DNA of 55,444 nt, from NCBI GenBank assembly GCA_002633005.1, contig NMRA01000004.1, positions 2,351,426-2,406,869 of the forward strand, in the 5' to 3' direction. Positions 13,309 to 26,700 of the stretch are shown in pieces (position 1 is the stretch's first letter; each line of letters starts with the position of its first letter). A program made the position numbers and the translations under genes. This DNA is from Phoronis australis (lineage: Eukaryota; Animalia; Phoronida). The notes beneath the pieces were generated by a model that made no database searches, was not told where the DNA came from, and saw nothing but the letters and a program-made list of their open reading frames with translations.

Positions 13309-16300
13309 TCTCCATTGGGAAAAGTCGACGGCTCACTGGGCAGCTTGTAAAAAACATGTGAACTTTGGGCGTGTTCACAGGCGAAATCCAAATCCAAATA
13401 CCAACTTCAATTAACTTATGCGAAATTTAAAAGTTGTGTAATGTATGCTCTTACATATGTTTATTGAGCTTGTGGTAACAGGTATAATGTGCGACATTCA
13501 TATATTTTTGAAAAGTATAATTTGAGTTTAATTACCAGCGGTCAAGTGTCGTATAGGTCAGGTCAAGTACCTTTCATTTCTACTTGTCCGACTAGGCAAG
13601 TTAAAATATAAGTTAGTCCTAAACACAAGGAAAGTTAAAAAAAAAAACAATTTGCTTCCTTGTTAGATTTCACATAGCAGTTTAGTCATCGATAATTCAT
13701 CAATTCCCTAATGATATTCCAGATTTTGTTTGCCGTCCCTTTCACTGATGAACTCTGAATTCCTGCCTATAGTGTACTACAGCTGTATGTGTAGTGTTTT
13801 TAACTCACGCACCAAACGTCAACAAACCTGATACATCCCAATAAAACGCAAAGATACAGTATCAAAGTTTTGACATCAACGTAGGCCTACAAGGCAATCA
13901 TTACCAGCAATTCGTAAACTAGGTCATCCGCCAGGTTCTCTGCGAAAACTAGGTCATCGCTTATGGACCAGTTAAGGAACTAGGTCACATCTGCTCGCCT
14001 CGTTTTCGATGGGTATTTGTAAACATGGCGAATGCGTGAAAGTAGAGAATGGACCAGTTAGCGCTTCACTCTCCGCGTGTCTTAGTGTCTACTGGAGAGA
14101 AGCACCAGAAAGGTTGTTCTACATTTTGTAGCCCAAAATTACCAAAGTTCAAATATATTCCGTTGAAAAGGAAAGACAAAACATATTAGTACAGATGTCT
14201 GGCCAATCATGAGTCACTACTCGTAAGCAAATCAAAGCTGTCCTTACTCGTTGCCTTGTCTCGCGCTACCCGTCAATCGACTAGTTTTCAGTTCGCAATG
14301 CAACAATACAATTTTCATAAATTCAACTTGTAATGACCCCTTTCAATTTTAAACCATGCCCGAAGTACTCGGAAACAATTTATTGTTAGGTACAACGATT
14401 TTTTTTTCTCTGAAGTGGATCGTAAACACCTCAGGTGGCTGAGTTTTCCGCACATAGCTACTTTGGCCTAGAGCTGAATTCTTAGCTCCCGCACTATGGG
14501 CCGGGCCGGTCAAGGGCTAATCCCTGTTGTACGCACTACTTAAGCATTGGAATCAAATTGTTATATATAGAGAAAACTTTATTAGTATACTGGTGTGAAT
14601 ATTATCAGTGCTTTAACCAAAAACTTCGAATTAACTATACCCACTAATGCTAGTCTATGACGATAAACTGATATCAAAAGGCCAAAATTGGCAATTTTCG
14701 GCGACCCCATGTTAAATACAAAATTTTGTCTAATTTTCTTCAAAATCCTACATTTCAATCTTTATTATACTGACATCTGTTGGGTCTATCGGCAACTAAC
14801 CGCACATGAAAGGCTTGGTCCAAAATTATCGTTTTCTCACATGCACTTTCGGGTTTTTAGTGGCGATTCCACTGATCGAAGCGACAAAATAAGCCAAAAC
14901 TTTGGCCATACCATGTTAAACATAAAATTTTTTCCAATTTTGCTGAAACTTGGCCACGTTTTTAACAAAATACTTATCTATGTTATGTGCTATCGGCAAA
15001 TGTGATTGATTCATAAATAAGACCCTCACGCTGTGTTTTCTGCGAATCCCATGTATTCTGAAGGGGGCTAACCGAGTGATTTTCGCGCATGCGCAATTCA
15101 CGGTTTCAATATTGCTGGTAATGGTCTTTTGGGCATTTGAAGACTATTTTAAATACGACAAATTTGTTAACAATTGATGGCACAAAATATAAAACGTNAT
15201 GTATTCTGAAGGGGGCTAACTGAGTGATTTTCGCGCATGCGCAATTCACGGTTTCAATATTGCTGGTAATGTGATCGGGCTCCGAGTCACTGGCCAGGAT
15301 AACATGCGTTTTGTGTTTAAAACTCAGAAAATCACAAGTCTAAACAACACAGATCTAGGTTCTCCTGTCTGTATCTCACGGAAAATACTTTGAAATTATC
15401 TCCGAACATCTACCGACCTTATTGGTCTACCGAACTTTGTAGGCTACGGTGTGTCCAAATACCAATAAATCCGTAAGAGCGAAATAAAACAACACGTTTT
15501 TGTAAGAACTCGGTGTATTTTTAAGGGTTTACATCGAAGTTTGATGATTTATTGGTGCTAAACGATGATTCCAAGCGGCTGACACCAGTAACCTGTGTTG
15601 TGAACTGCTGAACAGAATGCGTGTGAAACCGATGACGTAATTGGATAATTTCAACGCCTCCGTCTGCCGTCAGGTGTCAGGTAACGCAACCGCACTTGTC
15701 GTTATGGAGTAGAACTACTCGATCTAAATTGATACAAATTAGTTTGTTTTTCGGGTGGCATGCTCCTTTAATTCCGGTCATCACAACTGTTTCAAACTCC
15801 GGTGCCGCGCTCTCATTGATTCTGGTAAAGCCGCTTAGAAGGACGAAAGGTGAAAATTAACGCATATCTTTAGAAATGCGTGACTTCCTCAGTTCCTGGT
15901 AAGCGTATTAGACGGCATGTTTATTAAAACGAAACTTGTGATTCTTACAAAAATTTGCACAAAACCGACAATGACAATTCAAAAAATTGAAATAACTTTT
16001 TTAGATTTCATTGTGAGTATTTCGTAAATTGTGTTTTAAAAATTCAATAACTTGGGAATAATTTGTCAAAATGCACAAAGTTGTCGATGGGGTTTCAACG
16101 CACAATGGTTCTCGTACATTTCACGTTATTTCACAGTAGTGTTTTAAAACACGTTTCTTCCAACAATGTACGGTGTGCTATAGAAAACGATTGGACCGGC
16201 GCTTGTTGACTTTAGTGGCGCTATATACAACCATGCCCTAAGCTAGATACCCACGAACCCCTACCCTGTGTACCATTGGTCTAGGGTTGAAACAACACAA

Positions 16301-16542
16301 TTTGATTTGAATGTAATAATGAGTATATTGACTAATTGTTTGAATTTCCCTAAACGAATAATCATAAAGATTAACAAAGAAGGCTAATTAAATCAGTTTG
16401 TGATCACGTTTCCCGTTCCTGGCGTCGGCCTTGGATCCAGTGTTACACTTGTTATGACTGGGAGTTTCCTCTTCTCTTGATCATTCGATTCAGTGTTCCA
16501 AGCAGTCTTCACTTTATGAAATGCTTCGGAATAACCAAGAAG

Positions 16543-16757
16543 TTCAGTCCATCGAACAACATATATGTTAACATTGAACTCAGTCCATCGAATTCTAGAT
16601 ACAATGTATCCCTTTGAAATCCAGTCCATCGAATTTCTGCTACATGTATCGGATTGAAATCCAGTCCATCGAATTTCTGCCACATGTATCGGATTGAAAT
16701 CCAGTCCATCGAATTTCTGCTACATGTATCGGATTGAAATTCAGTCCATCGAATTTG
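16543..16757. repeat. 40-bp minisatellite, about 5.5 units
   Basis: CCAGTCCATCGAATTTCTGCTACATGTATCGGATTGAAAT at 16621, 16661 and 16701, a partial unit at 16741, and two degenerate units upstream. Confidence 0.95.
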
Positions 16758-17607
16758 TATAACTTGTGATATTTCTCAGCAAACCAGTAGCATCTCTTCA
16801 GGAATATCTGCGATATCTCTCTAGCAAGCTGGTTGACTCTCTCCAAGAAATATCTAATACCTCTACACCAATCTGATTGCCTCTCGTTGGAAATATGCCT
16901 TCTTGAAAAGCTAACGGTATACTTATACTCAAACAGAATAAAGGTGGGCGAGTTAGATCAAAACATAAAACCCACAAACTTCCTCCAAATGCACTCATAG
17001 TTCCAAAACAACTTCCCAGAACAAGATCATAAGATTCCACTTATGAACCTAAGCTTTCGCCAATTATGGTCACGGACAGACAAATCTTTAAGTAATTTCT
17101 GCTGAATAATAACAAGACTATTGTTGTTGTCAGAACTGGCTATCCCCACAGTTGACCAATTCCGGTGAATTTAAAGTTACATAATTCTGCTAGCATAGCA
17201 TAAACACATGGTTAGAGACAAATATGCTGATTCATTTCCTATGCACTCATAGGAGTCAATAAATTTCAGTAAACAACTAATATCTTTAATCAATTTCGCA
17301 ACAACCACTACATACTTAATTAATACTAATAATTCTCATCTAATATTATTCTCATGTACATAGTTAACCCAAGTTCTAATGTGTTTGTATCATACTTTAA
17401 TGATAAATAAATGACATGTTCACACTACATAAAATCTCCCCGTAACATACATGTATAAAGTATAACTGTGGGTCAGTTGATCAATATTGCTTGTGTTGTT
17501 GCTGTTGATAAGATCCATGACCTAGTTTCTTTGTTGCAACTGTTGGTATTCATGATTGATGACTTTGCTTATTAAGCACTTTTAGTGACTCAGATTTGTT
17601 ACTACAC

Positions 17608-18267
17608 CAAGGTACCTAAACTACACGGTCAACGGACTCAAAAACACGGGAACGGACGCTTGAACACGACTCACGGACCGGCAAACACCGTCCACTGACT
17701 CACAAACACGGGAACGGACTCACAAAACACGATCCACGCACCCAAATACACGGGACACGGACTCATATTCACGAGGAAACACGGTTAACGGACCGCCAAA
17801 CACGATCCACGCCGATAAAGCATGTCATAAACACGGGACACGGACTCATCGCCTTCCTAGGTCAGCCTCAAGATGGCGTTAATCTGCTTAGCGATCAGCG
17901 CTCTCGTGAGGCTTGCGGACGAGGATGTTACAAACAGGTTTGGAAAGTCAATAATGTTTATTGTTTTTAAATCACAACAATTACATCACAGTACAGACAA
18001 AAATAACATCAAAAATATATTTAATCTCTCACCCATTACACAGCTGTCAACGCTGAAGTTGACATTTTGTCCGTTGACCGTGTTTGGCGGTCCGTTAACC
18101 GTGTGAATATGAGTCCGTGTCCCGTGTATTTGGGTGCGTGGGTCGTGTTTTGTGAGTCCGTTCCCGTGTTTGTGAGTCAGTGGACAGTGTTTGCCGGTCC
18201 GTGAGTCGTGTTCATGCGTCCGTTCCCGTGTTTTTGAGTCCGTTGACCGTGTAGTTTAGGTACCTTG
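17608..18267. mobile_element. 660-bp fold-back (long-TIR) element, CAAGG termini, possibly P-superfamily
   Basis: CAAGGTACCTAAACTACACGGTCAACGGACTC... and its reverse complement form arms of ~190 bp built from ACACGG/ACGGAC motifs. No TSD; absent from block B. Confidence 0.9.
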
Positions 18268-18744
18268 AATGTGCCATAGTTCATCATACGCTTACTTAAC
18301 CCCCAGTATTTCCAGCTTTCGGAGCGAAATATAAACAAAGCCAAGGCATAGCACGGACGCGACTTAACTTCGGATTAACCGCGGTCAGACGAAGTCCGGA
18401 CTGGGGCTAGCCTCGGTCCAACCGCGGTTTGGAACCCGTGTCCGGACGCGGCCTAGCCCCGTTCGATAGGAAGAGACTTTCGATCAGTACTGTACCTATC
18501 AATACGAAACTAAACTAAACTATACATACTACATACGAAAAACGTTTCACATTTGTCAGTCACATACACAACGTGAACTTGGGCCTACCACCAATGACAA
18601 GCAGGCCTCTCTTTGAGCGTCGCTTGGCTTGCTGTAATGATAGAACTAAAATACCTCCGAGAGATAATTTGTGGTCGCAAAAATAGCCGAGGTGCTCAAA
18701 ATGGTTAGCCTAAGTGTTACTGAGCGTGCCTCAAAGGGGATTGA

Positions 18745-20055
18745 CTAATTACATGTAATAGTTCCTGGCAAACACCAATCCTTGTCGATTGCAGGAATAC
18801 CAATTCTTTCACAGAGATTAGAAAACCTATCAATGTCCTTTTTAGTGAATCGAATATCATACTGGCGTAGGGTTTCCATGCTAACGCTAGTTCCCTTTTG
18901 TGAGTCTTCGCTCAAGGCGGACGGTGCCCTCACGGCGAACACATCCGGCAGACGACAATGTCTTGCTATGGCTTTACACGCAAATTCGGTGTTACCCACC
19001 AAGTCTTCGTAACGTAGTCCAGCAATGTCAAGCACTGATTGTAGTCGCATATATTCCTCGCACAGACGAAACGTTTTCAATAACAGTATTTCGTCCAGTG
19101 GCAAGTTGTATTTGGCTTCATCTTCCTTTTTGATCCACAAACACGATACTTGACTTATTTCCGCCAGACGATCTCGTATACGTTTGCCAAGATTAGGACA
19201 TATTCTTTCGGTTATTTTCGACTCTTTAAATCGATGAATAAGATAATTGGCATTGATATGCATCTTCATCTGAGATGTGACAGCCTTGACGACATTGGCG
19301 CGATACAAAAACATAAATCGAACACTGGGCAAGGCTGCACAAATGTGCTCGTAAAATGACGACCCGGGCGAAAATTTCACAAAATAAAGTGACGCTTTCA
19401 CTTTGCGCGATTTGCAAATCATTCTTATCGAGCTTTTCACTAACACTTTTGCGTCTGAGTTCTTTAGGAATTTATTCAGCCACATATCCCAGATGTTGAC
19501 AAAAGCATAAGGTTCGTTGCAGCAGACTGCCCCTGGAATTTTCTCCATCATTTGTGTCAATAAAGTTGAGCCGCATCGGCCTAAACTTTCTAAACCAATA
19601 ACTGGAGACTTCGGGTCACCAAGGGTGTCGGCCAGGCGATTGAAATGGTTGAGTGGCACAAGGAGCATCTGTTTTGCTGCAGAGAACTGAGCCAAGTGAA
19701 AGAAGGGATCGACTCGAGAACAGAAGACATCAATTCCAGGAAGGGTGCGAATGAAAATCGCTTCATCCGCCGTGACTGTGTATGAAGATACATTATCTTC
19801 AAGGATGCAATCCGGATGATCAAAGTGACTGTGTGAAGAAATAAAATATCGTTTGGTTGGCCCAGCGAGGGATGTGTTGTAACATCGGAAATGGATGTTG
19901 AGAACTTGAACTGATGTTTCATACTTTCGGCGACTTTCTCGTAGACGTTTCTGTAGTCCGGATAATTTCCAATACAGTCGCTGAAGGATTGTATAAACTT
20001 CATAAACGACGAGAAAACTCAGGAATACCCAAAGTGGCGAATCCGGTGCTGTCAT
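18745..20055 (-). CDS. Sulfotransferase-like P-loop protein, copy A (436 aa, single coding exon)
   Basis: Intact ORF with 5'-PSB-like loop SLGRCGSTLL (157-166), NEP motif, 3'-PB-like FLYRxxxxxxxxS, RYEDL and DSQKG. Hydrophobic residues 7-29. Open in all three copies. Confidence 0.85.
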   Translation of the reverse strand: MTAPDSPLWVFLSFLVVYEVYTILQRLYWKLSGLQKRLRESRRKYETSVQVLNIHFRCYNTSLAGPTKRYFISSHSHFDHPDCILEDNVSSYTVTADEAIFIRTLPGIDVFCSRVDPFFHLAQFSAAKQMLLVPLNHFNRLADTLGDPKSPVIGLESLGRCGSTLLTQMMEKIPGAVCCNEPYAFVNIWDMWLNKFLKNSDAKVLVKSSIRMICKSRKVKASLYFVKFSPGSSFYEHICAALPSVRFMFLYRANVVKAVTSQMKMHINANYLIHRFKESKITERICPNLGKRIRDRLAEISQVSCLWIKKEDEAKYNLPLDEILLLKTFRLCEEYMRLQSVLDIAGLRYEDLVGNTEFACKAIARHCRLPDVFAVRAPSALSEDSQKGTSVSMETLRQYDIRFTKKDIDRFSNLCERIGIPAIDKDWCLPGTITCN

Positions 20056-20965
20056 CCTTTCGATAGTTATAGTTGTGACTGAGTTGTTAACTGTTGTGAC
20101 CGGAGGTTTATGTTACCTTAGGTAATAAACGTATGGACCGCTCCAACCTAGCCGTGGAACAAGGCTTAGAAAACACAGCAAGCGTTATAGAATACTATTG
20201 TATACCGCAAATATTTCGCAAATAGGCATACAACCTGGGAGTAATATGAACGGGAGAAGCAACGCGGCGAAGCCTTGTGACCTATGATTGCCTCGCGCAT
20301 TCCATTCCACAGCTCAGTGCTTCGTAACAATAGGGATGGACGATGAAAGGCTTGCGCATAGTCACTGACTCAGCCAAGCGCAGTATACGAGTAGTTCCGT
20401 TGAAGGTTTGGGTTAGAGATTAAACACGCATGCGCATAAAAGTCTTTCTGCCCTTCAATACCAATACTGGAAATACTCCCCAATCTTGTGATTGTTCGCC
20501 GCTGGTTTTTCGTAACTTACTGGTTGATAAAGCAATGTTGGCTTCAAAATCATTTTGTATTTAACCAATAAAGACTCTTAAAAGCACTTAATAGCGTTCC
20601 TTTGAAATGTCACTTTTCTCTTTTAGTTTAATTTGCGTTTGGGCCGGATTGCCCCTGTTTCGATACGTTTCATCAAGTTGGGCTTCATTGGCCGATAATA
20701 TAACTAGTAGCACTCCTTGTTGAGTCAAATATACCATGATGTTTCGCCACAAGGGTGCTCGTTTGACTATTTTGTCGTGCGACGACATGTAGTCATCATT
20801 ATGTTTTTAAGTGGTTAACATGTGTGAGCACAGAAACACAACCTCTGATCTAAATACGGTGCTCGTGATTACACAAGGTCGTGTTTTCTAATAGGTCGGT
20901 GCTTCTTGTATGACTTGTTCAGCGTGTCTCAAAAATTGTATCTTTCAAGAATTACGCTTACTTTC

Positions 20966-22399
20966 ATGTCAAAATGCAGAGAAATGAAGAGTTCATCAAG
21001 TGGGGGTGATATAGATTTAGATCAGTTATTAGGTGACTACACCGAGGATGTTAATTGCGATACATGTTCAAGTTCAGCATCAGAGGGAGAATGTGGAGTA
21101 GACGAAAGCGAGCGACCACCTAAGACTGCTGTTGAGAAAACTTCGAGCCCCAGCTTTCAGTGTCCCCTGTGTCCGAAAACTTACTGTTCTGTTAGTGGTT
21201 TTCGCGGATCGACACGTCGTGAAAAAACATGAAAGACCAGACTTGAAAGGCGAGTAACCATTCAACAATAGTTTATTTTATTTGTTAAGTAATTTGTTGA
21301 TCTTGATTACGAAAGTAATAAAATTGCCTCTAGACTGGCATTCAAATTGTTAAGTTGGCTACTGATATTTTCTGAAGATTCGTCTTTAGTTTCTAACTTC
21401 CGACTGTAATCTTTTTCAGCTCACAAGAACATGGTACACCTTGAAAAGGAAAATACAACGCCTGAACATTCGGGCGATAAACCAAGAAATCACTTTCTTT
21501 CAATCGCTTTCGACACTTTACCCATTTACCCAGCACACTAACCCGAATCATTATTTGCCCATTCAGAAATTCTGCAGCATCTAGTCATTGGAAAAAGGTT
21601 GTGGCGTTAGTGGAAGATTTTAGAGAGTCAGGAGTTGACTGCAGTTTCATATGTAAAAAATTTGCAAATATCTTGGCACTTCGTCATCGCAGGACTTTGA
21701 CAGATTGATGACGGCATTCCATCGTCTACGAACAGATGAAGGTGTTTTAATTTTTTTCCAAAGCCACCTTCCAGAAGACAATGACTTTATATGTCAATTT
21801 GTTCAGGTATTTCTTCTTCAGTTTTTTGAAGATGTCGTAGTAGCAATCAAAGACAGAATGCGCAAACAGAGTGAAGAAATAGTGAAGGAGTTTACAGATG
21901 ATGACAACTCCACTCTAGCCTACATTGCAGGGTACTTGTTGAGAGTTGCTCCCAATAAGTAGCCAAAACACTTAGCTAGTGAAATGAAAATCCTCTGTGA
22001 ATCGTGCGAATGTCACCGTGACAATGTGGATAAAACTTCCTCATGGATATCCAAAGTGTCTCGTGGAAATCTGAAGGTTCCGTCACCAGAGTTTTTGTCG
22101 CTCATTCAGCATTATAAATCGATTCTGTAGTGAGGAAAACTGTTGACATTCGCCAACTGAGCATGACATCAATGGACAAGCATAGACAGACTGAAAACAT
22201 TTTGTGCGACCATGCCGTAAAAGTATATGGGAGAATACTGGCAAGCCAGTTATTTTGAATGAAATACTGGTCAAGATATTTTGACAGTTAGAGGCTTTAC
22301 CCGGTTGCAAAACTTTTAAAGAAAGAGTCAAAACGTCTGTCAGAGTCGAAAGGTGGGCAGTCATTTAGAAAATCACTGAAGCAACTGTGTAACAACTAG
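20966..22399 (+). pseudogene. Decayed C2H2 zinc-finger / P-transposase C-terminal-like gene, copy A
   Basis: Exon 1 has FQCPLCPKTYCSVSGFRG-(4-bp insert)-HVVKKH. Intron 21250-21419 (GC donor here, GT in copy B). Exon 2 has STLAYIAGYLLR, WISKVSRGNLKVPSPEF, LTVRGF and FRKSLKQ. Several stops and frameshifts. Confidence 0.7.
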
Positions 22400-23429
22400 G
22401 ACTATAACATTACTTCCAGGTAACAGTAAAATGCACGTGATTGACATACAAGTGACAAAGACACTTAATCTGTGAGTACGACAGAGTGTTACTAGTCTAT
22501 TTCTTTCAGACATGGCCGAATGCTTTAGCTGTTTATTTACTTTTGTATCCTATGAAAACTGTTCAAGTGTAAGTAATAAATTAATATATAACGTTGTTTT
22601 GAAGTTTTTTTTTTAATTATGACTGATTTGCACTCCTGCACGAGAATTAACTACACTGTACTCTTCCAGATTTTAGAATCTCGTTGCTGTAAATTTTGCA
22701 ACATGTGATGAACAATCATAACACCACGTACTTTGTCGTTTCATACACTTTTAAGTACCGACGTGCTCCACTTGTACTCGGGCGTTGCAGTTGAACACTG
22801 TCTTAACGAATGCACTCATGCTTGAACTCTTCGGATACAATGCTACCAACTTTGGGTTCTATTGATATCAGCACTCACAAAACCGGATTTTATTAAAACG
22901 ACTATTTCATACAAATTCCACTGGACACTGAACGAAATAGAAACGTCAAAAACATCTGACACTGATACTCATTTACTGAATTTATGTAGTTGGTTCGACT
23001 TTGCAGAACCCTTTTTAAACAAAATGTCTAATTAAGATATTCACTTGTCCAATGATATATCCCCAACACAAACCCAGGTCTTCCTTTAGTCGCCTGGCTT
23101 TTGTCACACTGAAGCACAAGTCGAAATTGGGTTGAAAATTAAACAATAACTGCGCTGCATATACGATAAAAAATCAGAAAAATTGGAATAGAGAATAATT
23201 TTATTATCTGACATGTGGCGGGTATGAAAGACTAACAATATATTCTACATTATACTTTATCAGCAAGCTGCTCTACAACAACTCAAATATATACACTACA
23301 TAAATATCATAACCAACACCAGAGTAACCACTGACAGCTTCTTCTACATTCTTAGTGTTCATTATGGTGGTGAACTGCAATGATTATCTGACTTCAGAGC
23401 CCTATATCCTCACACTTTATGTCACACTC

Positions 23430-23700
23430 TTCTTGGAAGTGGAGTGTTTGTTGTCTATTTGCCTAACAACATCAGCTCTATTACCAATATTCCCACGAGT
23501 ACTATCCACAGCCAAGCTTCCAACTGAATCATTGACAGTTGAACTTGCTACACAGTAGGATTGTCATTGGCACCACCCTTGTGTCTATAATGACCAAAAT
23601 GTTGTTCTAAAGGGTCCTGGTTAAAAGAAGAAGTTAAGACAAATGGTGCACCCTGTTCTAACAGAAACACAATCAATTCAACCACTGACCTCACAGTTAT
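23430..23700 (-). pseudogene. P-element/THAP9-type transposase, 3' end (block A, split by LINE)
   Basis: Encodes FVLTSSFNQDPLEQHFGHYRHKGGANDNPTV...RGN; matches 36627-36915. Confidence 0.85.
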
Positions 23701-23702
23701 TT

Positions 23703-26700
23703 TTTTGTTTATTGAGACATATACACATGGCCATAGGCCCCAAGTATATCATGTACAAGACAGAACATTGTTAGATGGCACGTTTCAAACCGGATAATAC
23801 ATTATGACGCTTGAGAGCGTGATGGACGAATTTAATAAGTAGGCTATCTGGAGTTCTCATGAGAGAATCAAATTTAGATGTCGTGGGAGAATGACAAAAG
23901 CGATCACTTAAGTACTTAAACCGAAGGTTATGGTACGCACTACAAACCAACACAACGTGATATTCGTCTTCTACACACCCAGAATTACATAACTCACACA
24001 ACCTGTTTTCATAGGGAATATTTGTGTGGCGACCTCTTCCCACTAGTAACGAATGATTTGAACATCGCAATCGAGTCAGAGACTGGATAAAAACACGTGG
24101 GATACCAACCATTTCTAGATAATTCTCAAGATGATACATTGTTTTGTACCCCACATAGTAAGGCAGTTTTGCGTTACATTCGATATCAGATTGCCAACCT
24201 TGCAAATAACAGTCGTTGACACGTTGAGAAAAAACAGTCAAGAAATACGCTTGATTTACCACACCCTGATTAATCCATACTTCTGAAAAACCATACACAG
24301 ACAAAAGTTTCCTTACAAAACTTGCCCAATTATAGGAGGATCTTCCGATCAGGTCTGACTGAAAAAGCATATCATATGCAGCTTTTACCCCACGATTACT
24401 AGACATCTCCAGTATTTTGAACCAGTATTTTATACAAGAAACAAAATATTTAGTAGACAATGGGAATCGACCACACTCTCCCATAATTGCCGAGTTTGAA
24501 CAACAACTGCCTACTCCTAAAATGCGTTTACAAAACTTGATATGTACATTTTCCAATTGTTCATATTCCTTAAAGCCCCATATCTCAGCGCCGTAACACA
24601 GACAGGGGTAAACTATTTTATCGATCAAGTGAAAGGCTATTGACGGGGGCAGATCACCACATCTTCGCTTTAATTTACAAATTGCAGAGACAGCTTTATT
24701 TGCTTGACTAGATAAGGCTTTAATGGCTTTGGTCCACGAACCTTTTGGAGTAATAAGTAGTCCTAGGTATTTGTAATGAGGCACCACATCAACCAATGTT
24801 CCATTGTAAAACCATTTCTCATATCGTCTTAGGGGACCGCCATTTCTGAAAACGACCACTTTAGTTTTTTTCAAGTTTACTTGCATGCCCCATGATTTGC
24901 AAAATTCTGCCAAACAATTAAGCATACGTTGTAAGTTGATGGCGGTAGAGGAACATAACACCATATCACCTGCGTACAGTAGAGAGTTAACTCTTGTCAC
25001 TTGTTCGCTGAGATATGTGCTATTGATATTACTTTTCATACTCATTTTATCCAGAAATTCATTTAGATACAACACAAATAATAATGGACTGATCATGCAA
25101 CCCTGGCGAGTACCAACAGTACAATCAAAGAGCTCTGTAAGACCATCTTGAGTTTTCACACAAGTGCGCAACTTACTATACATAGAGCGGATTATTTTGA
25201 AAATTTTACCATGCACATCAATGCTTTTCAATTTATAGAATAGTAAATTATGTGGGATACGATCGAATGCCTTTGAGAAATCTACAAAAGCACAGTAAAA
25301 TCTCCCACCCTGCCGACTCAAATACTTGTGGCACATAGCTTGAAGTGTAAACACTTGGTCAATCGTAGAGTAACCGTTTCTAAACCAAGCTTGAGACTCA
25401 AAAGTTTATCGTTATTTTCAGCCCAGTAATAAAGACGATTATTTAAAAGTCCGGTAAAAAGTTTTCCCAAAGCAGACAACAGGGAGATACCTCTATAGTT
25501 ATTTTCGTCATTGATATTGCCTTGTTTATGTACTGGAGTAAGCACTGCGTCACACCATGTCTGGGGATAATACCCAGAATCAAAAAGTGCATTAAATATC
25601 TTATGCAAGACTGGCACTAGCGTTACCTTTGTGCACTTTAGCATTTCAAAGATCACGCCATCATAACCCCCAGCCTTGCCATTAGGTAATTGTTCAATGG
25701 CCTCATATATTTCAGAGGGCAAGAAATCAGTATTAAGATCAGAAGGGAAATTGTTACTACACTTTTCACACGAACTATCATGTTCAATCATTTCCTGCGT
25801 GGCAAATTGACTCAAGGACTCGTCGATAGAGCAGTTTTGATTCAATAAATCCTTGAAATAGTCGTGCCATTTCTGCGGACTAATTGTTGGAGACATACGA
25901 GATGTCCAAATATTGGATTTAATTATTTGCCAGAACTCCTTAGGGTTATTTTTGGAACGTTTAATGGCTTCAATATGTCGGGCTTCATATGCTTTCTCTT
26001 TCTGTTTAAACAAATCACGGAAAGCTTTCTTTTTTACTTTGTACATGTTAAGGTAAAAGACAGAAGAGTTTTTACGAAACAGTTTTAAAGACCATATTTT
26101 TGCTCGTTTGGCCGAAGCCAATTCATCATCCCACCAGGGTGGCTGCTTTGTCCGAGAGTTTCGATTTACTTTTAGTCTTACTATTCGTAGATGTACGAGT
26201 TTTCATGGTAGATACGGCCGACTGCCACAGCAAATCTGTTATGGATCTGACCGCATTATCTAGATTGCCACTAGCCACCGAGCTATCCACGGCCGCCGTA
26301 CAATTCTCAGCACCAGTTGAAAAAACATGAGAGAATGCCTGTGCATTAGAGCTTTCCCATTGAATCCGGCTATGCGGGTGTAACAATGGAACCACATGAG
26401 GGTTGATCTCTGACCTGCTACACCTAAACTTACAAATAACTGGCAGATGATCAGATTCATCCCATTCATCCACAAAAAATCCTCTACTAAATCAAACAGT
26501 TGTGTAGATAATAATACATAATCCACTAAACTACGCCCACCTCCCGACACCCCTAGTGTCACCGGGGAAACGACCATTGACAATATGAATACTCAGTTCG
26601 TGACATAACTCAATGATAGTTTTACCGAAATTGTTTACAATTTAGTCCTTAGAATTCCTAGGCAAATTAAATGTATCCGCTTCATACCAGTCCTGACATG

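Noticed and set aside
15051-15271. 73-bp direct repeat (15051-15123 and 15199-15271)
   Set aside because: The second copy begins immediately after a single N, so it is most likely an unmerged contig overlap or allele join.
15750-15772. Kolobok-like terminus (GCATGCTCCT-TTAA), similar to TTAA-AGGGGCATG at ~6612
   Set aside because: No matching partner end could be tied to either site, so no element boundaries can be supported.
16543-16757. CRISPR-like periodicity
   Set aside because: Units are contiguous and near-identical with no unique spacers, there are no cas genes, and the context is eukaryotic.
16798-17040. 80-aa ORF also present at 28334-28570
   Set aside because: No recognisable motif, non-ATG start, and conservation is explained by the block duplication.
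18782-20003. Small ORFs overlapping the sulfotransferase-like genes, repeated in each copy
   Set aside because: Shadow frames; they recur only because the DNA is duplicated.
22640-22860. Possible third gene between the two P-like genes (minus strand KLVALYPK...WCYDC)
   Set aside because: Short, interrupted by stops and without a motif I can name; would need an intact family consensus.
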